Shown one piece after another: positions 45,335 through 55,622 of a stretch of DNA of 64,000 bases. The stretch is taken from NCBI GenBank assembly GCA_963767925.1, contig CAVYGB010000009.1, positions 32,001 through 96,000 on the forward strand, written 5' to 3'. Source of the DNA: an uncultured delta proteobacterium. GTDB lineage: Bacteria > Myxococcota_A > Polyangia > Fen-1088. Each line of letters opens with the position of its first letter. Positions within the stretch are counted from its first letter, which is position 1. The position numbers and the translations under genes were made by a program. Below the pieces are notes generated by a model. That model saw nothing but the letters and a program-made list of their open reading frames with translations. It searched no databases and was not told where the DNA came from.

Positions 45335-46525
45335 ATGAGCGAGCGCGACATGAATCGTAGGCAGATGTTGTCCCGGGCGGGTGTGGCGGGCGGCGGGCTG
45401 GTTCTGGCGTCCACGCTCGGGGTCGGCCCCCGCGCTCTGGCCGCCGCTCCCGTGCAGGTGCCCCGGCGCGTGCTGGGCAAGACCGGCGAGAAGATCCCCA
45501 TCCTCGTGATGGGCGGGTCCATGCCGATGGACGCCCGCTTCGACCCCAAGCTGGCCGAGGTGTTCAAGTACGGGGTCAACTACTACGACACCGCCCACTC
45601 GTACACCGGGGGCAACAGCGAGCGCGCGCTGGGCGCGTTCCAGGCCCGGGCCGGCGTGCGCAAGAAGATCTGGATCACGACAAAGACGTCCAAGCACGAC
45701 GCCAAGGGGGCGGAGGAGTCGCTGGGCGTGAGCTTCGAGCGGCTGCAGACCGACCACGTCGAGATGTTCTTCCTGCACGGGGTGCGCGAGACCGCCGTGA
45801 TCAACGACGAGCTGAAGGCCACGATCGAGCGGCTCAAGAAGGAGAAGAAGATCCGCTTTTTCGGCTTCTCCTGCCATCAAGGCAACGTGGCCGAGCTGCT
45901 CGAGCTGGCGGCCAAGACGCCCTGGATCGACACGGTCATGTTCCGCTACAACTTCCAGCAATACGGCAACACCGAGCTGAACCGGGCCATCGACGCCGCT
46001 CACAAGGCCAAGGTCGGCCTCATCGCCATGAAGACCCAGGCCTCGGCGGTGTCGTTCGAGGAACGCAGCAAGAAGTTCGAGCAGACCGGCAAGTGGAACA
46101 AGTTCCAGTCGGTGCTCAAGGCGGTCTGGGCCGACGAGCGCCTCACCGCGGCCGTGTCGGAGATGGACAACCTCGAGAAGGTCCACGAAAACGTGGGCGC
46201 CGCCGTCGACCGCACCAAGCTGACCTCGGCCGAGTGGGAGTCGCTGCACAAATACGCCGCCGCCACCCGCGGGTCGACCTGCGACGGCTGCGATCACCTG
46301 TGCAGCGGCGCCATCGGGGGGCCGGTCGAGATCGCCGCCACCCTGCGCTTTCTCATGTACCACGACAGCTACGGCAAGCAGGACCGGGCGCGCGAGCTGT
46401 TCCGGGAGCTGCCCGAGGAGGCCCGCTCCTTCTCGCACCTCGACTTCTCGGCGGCCCGGGCGGCTTGCCCGCACCACCTCGACCTCGACCGCCTCATGCG
46501 GCGGGCGGCGGACGTGCTGGCGTAA
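45335..46525 (+). CDS. Aldo/keto reductase with a Tat-like leader and C-terminal Cys cluster
   Basis: MNRRQML leader; RRVLGKTG, YDTAHSY, ITTK, IRFFGFSCH, IAMK; CDGCDHLC...CP. Confidence 0.88.
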   Translation: MSERDMNRRQMLSRAGVAGGGLVLASTLGVGPRALAAAPVQVPRRVLGKTGEKIPILVMGGSMPMDARFDPKLAEVFKYGVNYYDTAHSYTGGNSERALGAFQARAGVRKKIWITTKTSKHDAKGAEESLGVSFERLQTDHVEMFFLHGVRETAVINDELKATIERLKKEKKIRFFGFSCHQGNVAELLELAAKTPWIDTVMFRYNFQQYGNTELNRAIDAAHKAKVGLIAMKTQASAVSFEERSKKFEQTGKWNKFQSVLKAVWADERLTAAVSEMDNLEKVHENVGAAVDRTKLTSAEWESLHKYAAATRGSTCDGCDHLCSGAIGGPVEIAATLRFLMYHDSYGKQDRARELFRELPEEARSFSHLDFSAARAACPHHLDLDRLMRRAADVLA

Positions 46526-47459
46526 CAGCACCCGGCGCAACCGCGGGGGTCGCGCCCGGCCGGATCAGCAGGCTGACCGCGACCCCCAGCAGGGTGACGG
46601 CGGCGCCCAGGTACGTCCCGGGCGCCAGCCGGATCTCCTGCTCCCAGACGGCGTCGATCAGCAGCGCCAGCACCGGCTCGATGAACACCAGGGTCGAGGC
46701 GGCCATCAGGGTCAGGCGCTTGAGCAGGTAGAAGTAGACCGCAAACACGACCACCGAGCCGAGCAGCGCGAGGTAGAGGAGGGCCAGGGTGGGGCGCAGG
46801 GGCGGCGGCCAGGGAGGCAGCTGCCGCTCGTGGACCAGCGCGAACAGGGCCAGGGCCAGGCCGGCCGCGCCCAGGAACAGCATGTTGGTGGCGAGCGGAT
46901 CGGTGTCGCGGGTGTGGCGCTTGAGCCAGAGGGTGTAGATCGCGCTGACGACGACGGCGGCGAACATCAGCCCCACCCCGACCGCCTGGTCGCCCGAGGT
47001 CGCCATGCGGTCCCGGTAGACCAGGTAGATCCCAACGAGGCTGATGGCCGAGCCGATCACGGCCGGGAGCGAGGGGCGTTCGGTGCGGGTCACGGTCGTC
47101 ACGACGGCGGTCATCAGGGGGAAGGTGCTGAAGATGACCGCGGCCAGGCCGCCCGAGATGCGCGTCTCGGCGGCGTAGACCAGGCCGTAGCCGAGCCCGC
47201 AGGCCAGCCCGGCGGCGACGACCCAGGCGCGCTGGGGCCACGAGCGCGGCCCCCGGCCGGCCAGGCCGAGGCCGACGAGGGCGGCGAGCACCAGGGTGGC
47301 GATCCCGAACCGGAGGGCGGCGGCGGCGAAGGTGGGGTAACCACCCGGGCCGATGCAGACCCGGATGACGAACCAGGTGGTGCTCCAGATGAAGGCGCAG
47401 GCGAGATAGGCGGCGGCGGTCAAGCGCGCAAGCTTGACCCACGAAGGCCGGTCGCACAC
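46494..47459 (-). CDS. DMT/EamA family transporter
   Basis: IWSTTW, ISGGLAAVI, LLYLALLGSVVVF, FIEPVLALL. Exact start uncertain. Confidence 0.88.
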   Translation of the reverse strand: MCDRPSWVKLARLTAAAYLACAFIWSTTWFVIRVCIGPGGYPTFAAAALRFGIATLVLAALVGLGLAGRGPRSWPQRAWVVAAGLACGLGYGLVYAAETRISGGLAAVIFSTFPLMTAVVTTVTRTERPSLPAVIGSAISLVGIYLVYRDRMATSGDQAVGVGLMFAAVVVSAIYTLWLKRHTRDTDPLATNMLFLGAAGLALALFALVHERQLPPWPPPLRPTLALLYLALLGSVVVFAVYFYLLKRLTLMAASTLVFIEPVLALLIDAVWEQEIRLAPGTYLGAAVTLLGVAVSLLIRPGATPAVAPGAVTPARPPPAA

Positions 47460-47499
47460 CCCCGGTCTTGCAGCCGGGCGAGCCCCTCGGGGGCTCCTT

Positions 47500-48081
47500 C
47501 TAGTATCCGATCCGCAGGCCGGCTCCGAAGCTGCCTGCAGCCACCTGGAAGGTCGGGATGACCGTGACCCGTGGCCCGGCCGGCGTGTCGGGGGTGGCGC
47601 GGGGCCGGCGCTCGATGGCCAGCACCTGGTCGGCGATGATCGAGGTCAGCGCGCCGAGCAGGAACCCCTGCATGCCGTATTCGAAGCCACAGCCGAAGAA
47701 GCCGCAGCCGGCCCGGGACTCGCCCAGGGCGCTGCCGGCCAACGCGCCGGCCAGCGGTACGAGGACCCGCATCGAGACGCTGATCGCGCTGCGGCCGAGG
47801 TGCCCGTTCAGCCGGTGGACGAGGGCAGGCCCCCCCACCCAGGTGCCCGCCGACACCGCCAGCAGGGCCAGGTTGTCCTCGCCCTTGAGGGCGAACATCG
47901 CCAGCCCGAACGAGAGGGCGTCGGATAGCAAGATGGGACCGCCATACCAGTCGAGCTCGTCGCCCGTCCCCTCGGCCTCCGGATTCGCCGGGACCATGCC
48001 GTCGGCGCGGGGCTTGAAGGGCGCGGCCAGCGCGGACGGCGCGGTCAGCAGGAGCAGGGTCAGACAGAGGGTCGATCGCAT
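47500..48081 (-). CDS. Hypothetical exported/membrane protein
   Basis: Signal peptide SALA-A; WYGGPILLSD; hydrophobic helices; ends LRIGY. Confidence 0.7.
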   Translation of the reverse strand: MRSTLCLTLLLLTAPSALAAPFKPRADGMVPANPEAEGTGDELDWYGGPILLSDALSFGLAMFALKGEDNLALLAVSAGTWVGGPALVHRLNGHLGRSAISVSMRVLVPLAGALAGSALGESRAGCGFFGCGFEYGMQGFLLGALTSIIADQVLAIERRPRATPDTPAGPRVTVIPTFQVAAGSFGAGLRIGY

Positions 48082-48116
48082 GACGCGGATCCTTTGCAGC
48101 GCGGAGGCCACGGCCT

Positions 48117-48905
48117 TCAGGGCCGCCGGCGGTTGACGAAGGAGACGACCGCGCTGGCGCCGTTGGTGCGTTCCCAGGAGAGGCGCCCGTTGCACGACCG
48201 GGCGCCCTCGCAGCGGGCGGCCGGGACCTCGATGTTGGCGTCGGAGAGCGCGAGGCGGCCCTCCCCCTCGGGCGGGGCGAAGGCCGATTCGGGGACGGTG
48301 AAGCCGATCCGGCTCCCGCTCACGATTCCGCCGGCGTAAAAGCCGTTGCCGATGCCGCCCGAGAGGGTGACCGGACCGAGGCGCTCCCCGGTGCGGGCGT
48401 TCTTCAGGGTGTCGGTGTCGGGCTGCCAGCGCAGCTCGACCTCGTCGCCGACGTGCAGAGGGCCGGCTGGCGACACGACCTCAAGGCGCCGCGCCTCGAA
48501 CAGGTGGGGGAGCTCGGCCTCGATGGCGTGGCTGTCGTCCCGGACCCGGATCACGACGGGGCCGCTCTCCAGCCCGCTCAGGCGGCCCGAGAGCCGCAGC
48601 GGCAGGCAGGTGTCGCCCTGGGCGTCGATGCCGCCGCGTTCGGTGACGTTGAGCGGCTGGTCATTGGCGGTCCCGCGCAGGCTCGAGCCGATCTCCGCAC
48701 AGCGGTTGCCGCCGAAGTGGATCTCGACCTGGAAGGCGTTCGCGTCGCGCCGGGCGAGGCTCTCCTCGAACAGCACCAGCTCGGGCGCGGGCAGGCTGCC
48801 GAGATCCGAGAGGGGCCCACAGGCGCAGGCGAGCGCGGCGGCCAGCACCGTCAGGGGCGGGTACGGGAGACCGCCGAGACTCTCGGGGGACGTTCGCGAT
48901 GCCAT
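48117..48905 (-). CDS. Hypothetical lipoprotein
   Basis: LAAALACAC lipobox-like; beta-rich body with paired Cys. Confidence 0.65.
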   Translation of the reverse strand: MASRTSPESLGGLPYPPLTVLAAALACACGPLSDLGSLPAPELVLFEESLARRDANAFQVEIHFGGNRCAEIGSSLRGTANDQPLNVTERGGIDAQGDTCLPLRLSGRLSGLESGPVVIRVRDDSHAIEAELPHLFEARRLEVVSPAGPLHVGDEVELRWQPDTDTLKNARTGERLGPVTLSGGIGNGFYAGGIVSGSRIGFTVPESAFAPPEGEGRLALSDANIEVPAARCEGARSCNGRLSWERTNGASAVVSFVNRRRP

Positions 48906-49068
48906 GCCCACCTCGGGCTGCAACATCGATACCGCCGCCGGCGGCGGCGGCGGTGCCGGCGGCGGCCGCGGGCCTGGGTCAGCGGCGGGACAGCGCGGGG
49001 GCGATTGCACCGGTCACAGGACCGGCGCTGCGACAGCGCTGGCCCTGTGACCCGGTCCGGCCCGAGGC

Positions 49069-49971
49069 TCAGAAGCCGGCGATGCCGGCGAAGTCGAACT
49101 TGTCGACCAGGGCGGCCGACTCGGGCTGGGCGGCGAGGCCGCCGTTGAACTGCTGGAAGAACTGGAACAGCAGGGGTCGCAGGTTCGCGTCGACGACAAG
49201 CTCGCCCCGGTAGTCGTTCTTCAGGTTGTTGCCGATGTCCTCGACGACGAGGTGGACGGCCTTGCCGTCGCCGCGGGGGGTGACGAAGGCGGCCAGGGGG
49301 GCGTTGCTGTCGAAGCCGGGGGCCACGATGATCCCCTCGAAGGCGCCGGTGTCGTGGTTGCGCGTGAACTGCAGCTTCTTCACGCCGCCGAGGAAGGCCA
49401 CGCCGTACTGGATCCCCTTGTCGAAGGTCTGGCGCGACTCGAAGCCGAGCGCGGTCCGCCGCTCGACGGTGCGCCCCTGGGCGTCCACGTCGAAGGTCAC
49501 CTGGCTGATGTCGATGAAGCGCTGCAGGTCGTCGACCGCGTTCTTGGCCACGGCGTTGACGAGGGTGAAGATGGCGCCCGAGTTGCCGGGGCCGCCGGCG
49601 GCCGCCACGTCGAGCTGGAAGAAGCGCAGGTCGAGCAGCGGCGGGAAGACCACCGCCCCCTGGTTGCCGCCACCGCCGCCCTGGCCCTGGCCCTGGCCGG
49701 CGTCGACCGCGACGGCGTCGCCGGCGTCGACCTGCTGGCCGCCACCTTGCCCGCCGCCCTGGTTGACGTCTTCGCAGGGGTCGACCGTCGACAGGGCCGG
49801 GATGATGACCGGTGGGGGATCGGTCGCCGCGCCGGTCGGGTTGCGGGCCGGGCGCCCCACCTTGCCTTCGATGCAGGCGGGGGCGCCGACCGCGGCGAGA
49901 AGGAGCAGGGCGGCAGAGACACGAGGGAACGCACGACGGCAGGAAAGGGCAGAGACCTTGTTCACGGGCAC
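49069..49971 (-). CDS. Hypothetical lipoprotein
   Basis: GGAGG before the GTG; AVGAPAC; Gly/Gln-rich linker followed by a globular domain. Confidence 0.7.
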   Translation of the reverse strand: MPVNKVSALSCRRAFPRVSAALLLLAAVGAPACIEGKVGRPARNPTGAATDPPPVIIPALSTVDPCEDVNQGGGQGGGQQVDAGDAVAVDAGQGQGQGGGGGNQGAVVFPPLLDLRFFQLDVAAAGGPGNSGAIFTLVNAVAKNAVDDLQRFIDISQVTFDVDAQGRTVERRTALGFESRQTFDKGIQYGVAFLGGVKKLQFTRNHDTGAFEGIIVAPGFDSNAPLAAFVTPRGDGKAVHLVVEDIGNNLKNDYRGELVVDANLRPLLFQFFQQFNGGLAAQPESAALVDKFDFAGIAGF

Positions 49972-50189
49972 ACCTCCGGCTAGTCGGGCCCGAGCGAAGC
50001 GAGGGAACCCGATTACTTTTGAAAACAGTCCTGGGGGCGACCACGCGTCGCTCGCGCCGCCATCGCCCTACATGACATTGGTGTCTGAAACCGGTTTTCT
50101 CACCCTGCCGTGCGAAATCGGCGGCTGAGGGTTCCCCTCGGCGCAGGGCGCTCATCTATCGATGGCGGGCGACCGATGCTGAGATCAGG

Positions 50190-50684
50190 ATGAGCGTCGA
50201 GCTGAAGGTCCCCAAGCGGCAGGTGCGGGTCGAGGTCCTGGTGGCCGGCGTGCCCCCCGTGCAGGTGCACCTCTTCCAGGCCGAACACGCGCTGAGCCAC
50301 AGCGGGTTCGAACGGCCGAGCGACCTGCTCAACGGGGGCCTCGCCTTCCTCCCGGCGATGGGGCTGGACGGGGTGCCCCAGGTCCTGCGGCGCGACTCGG
50401 TCTTGCGGATGACCGTGGCGCGCGCGGGCGAGATCGCCGCCGACGAGCCCGCCGACGACGGCGAGGAGTCATCCGACGTGGTGAGGCTGGACCTCGAGAT
50501 TGCCTTCGACTCGGGCGACACCGCCCGCGGCCGGCTCGTGTTCGTGCAGCCGGCCAGCCGCCGCCGGCTTGTCGACTACCTGAACGACTGCCCGCAGTTC
50601 TTCTGCCTGCGCGACGGCGAGCGGGTGCACGTGGTCAACAAGACCCGCATCGCCCGGATCTCGCTGCGGGCCGACCCGGCCTGA
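50190..50684 (+). CDS. Hypothetical protein with two similar small beta domains
   Basis: ERPSDLLN..LAFLP and RRLVDYLN..PQFFCL...VVNK internal duplication. Confidence 0.7.
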   Translation: MSVELKVPKRQVRVEVLVAGVPPVQVHLFQAEHALSHSGFERPSDLLNGGLAFLPAMGLDGVPQVLRRDSVLRMTVARAGEIAADEPADDGEESSDVVRLDLEIAFDSGDTARGRLVFVQPASRRRLVDYLNDCPQFFCLRDGERVHVVNKTRIARISLRADPA

Positions 50685-50738
50685 GCCGGGGGCCGACCCG
50701 GGCCGAGCGGGGTGGTCGTCGGCGGCTCTGGCTGATCG

Positions 50739-52067
50739 TCAGCGGCCCAGCAGGGCGGCGACCCGGGCCCCGTAGGTCTGGCTGCCCGCCACGTTGAGCC
50801 GGTCGTAGGAGGCGTCCCACAACATGATGCCCTGGGGGCTGCCGGCGCCCCGGCCGATCAGCGCCGTCACCCGACCGAGGTCGCCCGGGTTGACGTAACC
50901 GCCGCCCGCGTCGGGCGAGGCGGGCAGGCCCACGAAGATCTTCGGGCCGGCCACCTTGGTCCAGGAGGCCAGCATCTCCGAGAAGGTGGACCCGCCGAAG
51001 AAGCAGTGGTTGTTGTAAAACTGGATCCACAGGTAGTCGAACAGGTTCGACGCCTCACCGAGCACGGTGCCGGGGAAGGGGCCGGGGCCCATGTACGCGT
51101 CGGGGAAGGGGCACTGGGGCGCGCCGGTGATGAGGTAACGGCGGGTGGCATCGGTGCGGGTCAGCTCGCGCAGCTTGCGCACGAAGGCGGTGTAGCCCGC
51201 GCGGGGCCCGCCTTCGATGTCGAGGTCGATGCCGTCGATGATGGCGGTCCCGAAGGGGCGGTAGGGCGAGCTGCCGCCCATGAACATGTCCCAGGTGGTC
51301 TGGGCGAACATCTCGGCGTGGGCGTCGCTGGTGAAGAAATACGCGCCCGAGGCGCCGCCCAGCGAGAGGAGCACCTTCTTGCGCTTCTGCTGGCAGGAGA
51401 TGATCCCGCGCTCGATCTGCGGGCAGCGCAGCAGCGTCGGGTTCTTGTCGTCGTAGGGCTCCTCGCAGTGGAAGGAGAAGTTCAGGATGGGGCCGCCGCT
51501 GGCGTTGCGGGCGTCGCCGAAGTTGATGACGAACCCGATGACGAGGGCGTCGTAGTGCGGGTTCTCCTCGCAGGTCTCGTCGAGCTCCTTCTCGTATTTC
51601 GTGCGGTCGCCGGGGTTGCGGCCGCCGGTGCCGTTCTGGCCCCAGTAGACGACCAGGGCCTTGTCGGGCAGGCCCTCCTTGGCGTTCGGGGGCAGCGGCG
51701 CGGGGCCCGGGGGCGCGGGCGGCGGCATCATGCCCGGGGGCATGGTCACCGGCGGCGCGGGCGGCATGCCCACGGGCGCGGGGGGCGGGCCCTCGGGAGC
51801 CACCGGCGGAGCGGGCGGCGTGGCGCCAGGTGGGGGCGGCGCGGGCGGGGCCGGCGGCGGCGCAGGCGGTGCGGGCGGGAGACCACCCGGCGCAGGCGGG
51901 GTCACGCTGCCGGAGGGCGGGGGAGCCTGGCCACCCGGAGCGTCGGGGGCGCTGACCGTGCAGCCGATCGCGATCAGCGAGCCGGTGGCGAGCAGACCCA
52001 GCAGCATGCGCACATCCGAGCGGAGGCGCGGGCGAACGGCGGACGAGATGGACAGTCGACGAAACAT
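50739..52067 (-). CDS. GH18 class III (hevamine/CTS1-like) chitinase, lipoprotein with a Pro-rich linker
   Basis: VYWGQNG, KVLLSLGGA, IDGIDLDIE (DxxDxDxE), GAPQCPFPD, WIQFYNN, GIMLWD; lipobox LIAIGC. Confidence 0.9.
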   Translation of the reverse strand: MFRRLSISSAVRPRLRSDVRMLLGLLATGSLIAIGCTVSAPDAPGGQAPPPSGSVTPPAPGGLPPAPPAPPPAPPAPPPPGATPPAPPVAPEGPPPAPVGMPPAPPVTMPPGMMPPPAPPGPAPLPPNAKEGLPDKALVVYWGQNGTGGRNPGDRTKYEKELDETCEENPHYDALVIGFVINFGDARNASGGPILNFSFHCEEPYDDKNPTLLRCPQIERGIISCQQKRKKVLLSLGGASGAYFFTSDAHAEMFAQTTWDMFMGGSSPYRPFGTAIIDGIDLDIEGGPRAGYTAFVRKLRELTRTDATRRYLITGAPQCPFPDAYMGPGPFPGTVLGEASNLFDYLWIQFYNNHCFFGGSTFSEMLASWTKVAGPKIFVGLPASPDAGGGYVNPGDLGRVTALIGRGAGSPQGIMLWDASYDRLNVAGSQTYGARVAALLGR

Positions 52068-52453
52068 GAAGCAGCTCCTCTCCGGGAGGGTGGAAACTCA
52101 GCTAGCTCGTCGCCGCCGACACACCGACCGCAACCGCAGGCTAGGAGATGATTGCCGAAAGCAGCCAGGCTCCCGCGGTGCGCGCGGCCCGGCCAGACCG
52201 TGTGGTGAAACGTAGTGAACCGGCCGAACCCACGCAATGTCTAGTTCTGGTCGATCGCCGCGATGATGCGCAGCCCCGCCCACCGTCGGTGACGAGGCTG
52301 TGAAGCCGTGCGACGCGGGAGGGTTTCGTTCCGACTGCCCGATCTGCTCGAAGACGCCGCCCGGGACATCGAGGCCACGTCTCCCGCCCGACCCGGCCAT
52401 CACCCGTCCCCGCGTTCTGCCGTTGGAAACAGGGCGCCGGGACGTTCCCTTCC

Positions 52454-52513
52454 CACCTCTCCCCGCGGTCTGCCGGGGGGAGAGGTCGGCGCGTCTGCGC
52501 GACGGGTGAGGGG
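52454..52513 (+). repeat. REP-like unit A, second near-identical copy
   Basis: 58/60 identical to 31168-31227; lies 5 nt from the stop of the Cys-rich ORF. Confidence 0.9.
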
Positions 52514-52518
52514 TCTGG

Positions 52519-53375
52519 TCAGCGGTTCCGGCAGAAGCCCTGCTCGTCGAGCTTGCAGTCGGCGCCGTTGTTGATGCAGGCGGCGACGCTCTGGCTGCAG
52601 TCGGCGGTGTCGTTGTCGGGGGTCGTGCAGCGCGTGAAGCGCTGGCAGAAGTTGGAGATGCACTCCTGGTCGCCCCGGCAGAGCTGGTTGTTTGTCAGGC
52701 GGCACTCGCGGGTCCGCTGATCGCAGGTGACGACCCCGCTGTTGGGGCCGCACGAGATTCGGCAGTGCGAGCACTTGTTGTCGACGCAGAACTCGGCGGG
52801 CGCCTTGCACTCCCGGGACTCGCGGCAGGGGCCGCCCGCGTTCTGCGGCGTCCGGCACTGGCCGTCCACGCAGACCCGGCCGCCCACGCAGTTCGAATCG
52901 CTCGAGCAGCGGTCGAGGCAGCGGGTGTCTCCGCAGCGCAGGCCGTTGGGGCAGGCGGTGCCGCCGGGGACCGAGCAGCGGCCGTTGTTGTCGCAGCGGG
53001 TTTGCGGGATCTCCCGGTCGTTGTTGCAGACGCCGGTGCCGGGGCAGGGCGTGCCGGGCACGCAGGTGCCGGTGCAGCCGTTGCCGGCGCACACGAACTG
53101 GCAGCGCTGCACCTCCTGGTCGCGGCACTCGCCGCCCCCGCACTGTCCCTCGATGACCGCCCCGTTGCTGCAGCGGCGGGCCGAGCAGGACCCGGTCTTG
53201 TCCGGCGGGCCGTCCTGGCAGGTGCGGCAGCTCCCCGAGCAGGGCTGGACCATCTCCTGCCGGCACTCGCCGCCGTTGCAGCGCCCCTCGAAGACGCCCC
53301 CGTTGCCGCAGGCGCGCGGGCCGCAGCTCCCCGACTGCTCGGGGGTGCGGCCGGTCGGCGCGGGCAGCGCGGCGC
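52519..53375 (-). pseudogene. Cysteine-rich repeat protein, 3' part only
   Basis: Dense Cys repeats (CGPRACGNG..GRCNGGECRQ / CSARRCSNG..GQCGGGECRD); no start or signal peptide; abuts unrelated sequence at ~53375. Confidence 0.7.
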
Positions 53376-53552
53376 CCTGACCTTCGACCTGCCCGACAGC
53401 GGCCCCCTGCAGCTCCGCGAGCTGCCCGCCCGCCCCGCCACAACCCAGGGCCGCGGCCCCGATCGCATGTTCCAGGCCCTGTTCGAGCGCCCCTTCGGCC
53501 CGCGCGCCCTCGCCGATCAGCTCCTGGAAGAGCGGGCCGCCCCCCCGCCCAT

Positions 53553-54130
53553 CTACGGCCTCTCCCGCGGCGACACCGAATCGGTCTCCGTCCCGTAGCC
53601 GCTGAGCACGATGGCCTTCGTCGGGCGGGGCTTGCGCTGCTGGACCAGCCTCTTCCTGAACGAGAGGCCGCCCCCACCCGGCACGTCGAGATCGCTGATG
53701 ACGAGGGAGATCTTGTCGAAGTCCGCTTCGAGCGCCTCCGGGATGGTGGCCCCCCTCCTGACCAGAAGCTGGTCGCCAGCTCGACCACAAAGCGGGCGCC
53801 GCGGCCCTTGCCGGGGCTGCTGGCCGTGATCTTCCGCCGTGCAGCTCCACGATGCCGCGAACGATGGCGAGCCCCAGGCCGAGACCCCCTCCCGTCTCAC
53901 CTCCGACCTGCTCGAAGGCCCGGAACATCCGCTCCCCGTCGTCGGCGGAGAATCCTGCTCCGGTGTCGGCGACCTCGATCGCCAGCAGCGGGCCATTGTT
54001 CCAGGAGCGAATCGTGACGTGTCCCGGCCCGGGCGTGAACTTGATCGCGTTCTCGAGCAGGTTCCAGAGCACCTGACGTATCCGGATCGGATCGGCCTCG
54101 ACGGTCTGGTTCGTGGCGCCGACCCCGAGA
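53553..54130 (-). pseudogene. Hybrid histidine kinase remnant (HATPase plus partial receiver domain)
   Basis: ADPIRIRQVLWNLLENAIKFT, DTGAG, GLGLGLAIV; after frameshifts LVISDLDVPGGGG...AIVLSGYG. Confidence 0.8.
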
Positions 54131-54149
54131 GGTCAAGGTGGCGGGGGAC

Positions 54150-54983
54150 GCGTCTCCGGAAGCGACGGTGCGACTGACCCTCGGCTCCCGTGGCCGGCGC
54201 CTGGCGCGCGACACCTACGAGATCGGCAACGACGACCTGGTGCGAGCCATCGCGCTCTCGGATCCAGGCATCGACGACTCTCGCAACGAGCTTGCTGGTC
54301 TGGGAGGAGATGCCCAGCGCGTACCGCTTCACCCGGCGTTCGGTCGAGCGGGTCACGTCTCAGTGGATGTCCGTGCTGGATCGCGACAGCAGCCATCCGT
54401 GCATCATCGCCTGGGTGCTGTTCAACGAATCGTGGGGGGTGCCCAACCTTCCTGACAGCTCGCCGGAGCGGCACTGGGTGCAGAGCCTCTACCACCTGAC
54501 CCGCACGCTTGATCGCACCCGCCTGGTGGTGGGCAACGACGGCTGGGAGAGCGTGGCCACCGACATCATCGGCATCCACGACTACGAAGACGTGCCCGAG
54601 CAGCTTGCCCACCGGTACCGCTCGCTGGAGAACCGCCCCAAGCTGTTTCGCCACGCCGGCCCGGGCGGCCGCATGCTGGTGCTGGGTGAAGACGCGCATC
54701 CCGAGCACCCCGTGGTCCTGTCCGAGTTCGGGGGCCTGGCCTGTGCGAAGGATCCGAGCGGTACTTGGGGCTACTCCCGCTGCGCCACCCCCAGGAGCTC
54801 GGGCAGCGCCATGGCCACCTCCTCGAGACGATTCGCTCGCTCGATCTGCTGGCCGGCTTCTGCTACACGCAGTTCGCCGACACCTACCAGGAAGCCAACG
54901 GCCTCCTCTACGCCGACCGCACCCCGAAGCTTCCCCTCGAGGACATCGCCGCCGCCACCCGGGGAAAGCGGAATCCCCGTTAG
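54150..54983 (+). pseudogene. GH2 glycoside hydrolase remnant
   Basis: IALSDPGIDDSRNE joined out of frame to LLVWEEMPS...HPCIIAW..FNESWG...SEFGG; frameshift ~54795; GFCYTQFADTYQEANGL. Confidence 0.8.
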
Positions 54984-55201
54984 AACGGTTTGGAGGCCGG
55001 CGCCGGACGAGAGGACGTTGCTCTGTCGCGTGCAATACATGCGTTGAGCGGGTGCCGGTAAGTCTTGCGGGCGTGAGGCGATTACCGCGTCCGGGCGAAT
55101 ACCTGATCGACCCGCTTCTGGACGCCCGGCCGCTTCAGAAGCAGGGCGGGATCTACTTTGGTTATGGGCGAGCGTCCTTTTCGCTCGTCGGGAGGGGAAA
55201 A

Positions 55202-55546
55202 ATGAGTATGGAGATTCCGGGCAATCAAACCGAGGGTCACGTCGCACGCTCGATAGAGAAGCAAACTGCGAAATTGCCTTCGGACCTGTTCCTGTGGGCT
55301 GGCCTCGGGTCGATGGCGCTGTCGCTGGCCATGCGAGCGTTCGGCAAGAAAGAAGCGGCCAATTTCGTGGCGCCGTGGGTGCCCACGGTCTTGCTGCTGG
55401 GCGTGTACAACAAGATCGTGAAGGTGGCGGGCCACGATCGAAATACCAACAAGGCGGCCGGTGGACGCTCTGGATCCCCGCCGCAGCGACCGGTTCCAGA
55501 AAGATTCACGCGTGAACCACCGCGTGTCGACCGCCCGGGAAAGTAA
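55202..55546 (+). CDS. Small conserved-looking membrane protein
   Basis: GGAGGGG before the ATG; EGHVARSIEKQTAKLPSDLFLWAGLGSM...WVPTVLLLGVYNKIVK. Confidence 0.75.
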   Translation: MSMEIPGNQTEGHVARSIEKQTAKLPSDLFLWAGLGSMALSLAMRAFGKKEAANFVAPWVPTVLLLGVYNKIVKVAGHDRNTNKAAGGRSGSPPQRPVPERFTREPPRVDRPGK

Positions 55547-55622
55547 CGGCGCTTCGTCGCTTGATCGATTGAGACAGGCCGAACGGTGCCAAACGCGCTT
55601 GAACATTTTCGAGGAGAGTTAC

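Noticed and set aside
52519..54072. Novel kinase-Cys-rich fusion protein
   Set aside because: Starts mid-HATPase, and the middle is out-of-frame or antisense sequence from other fragments; treated as a mosaic.
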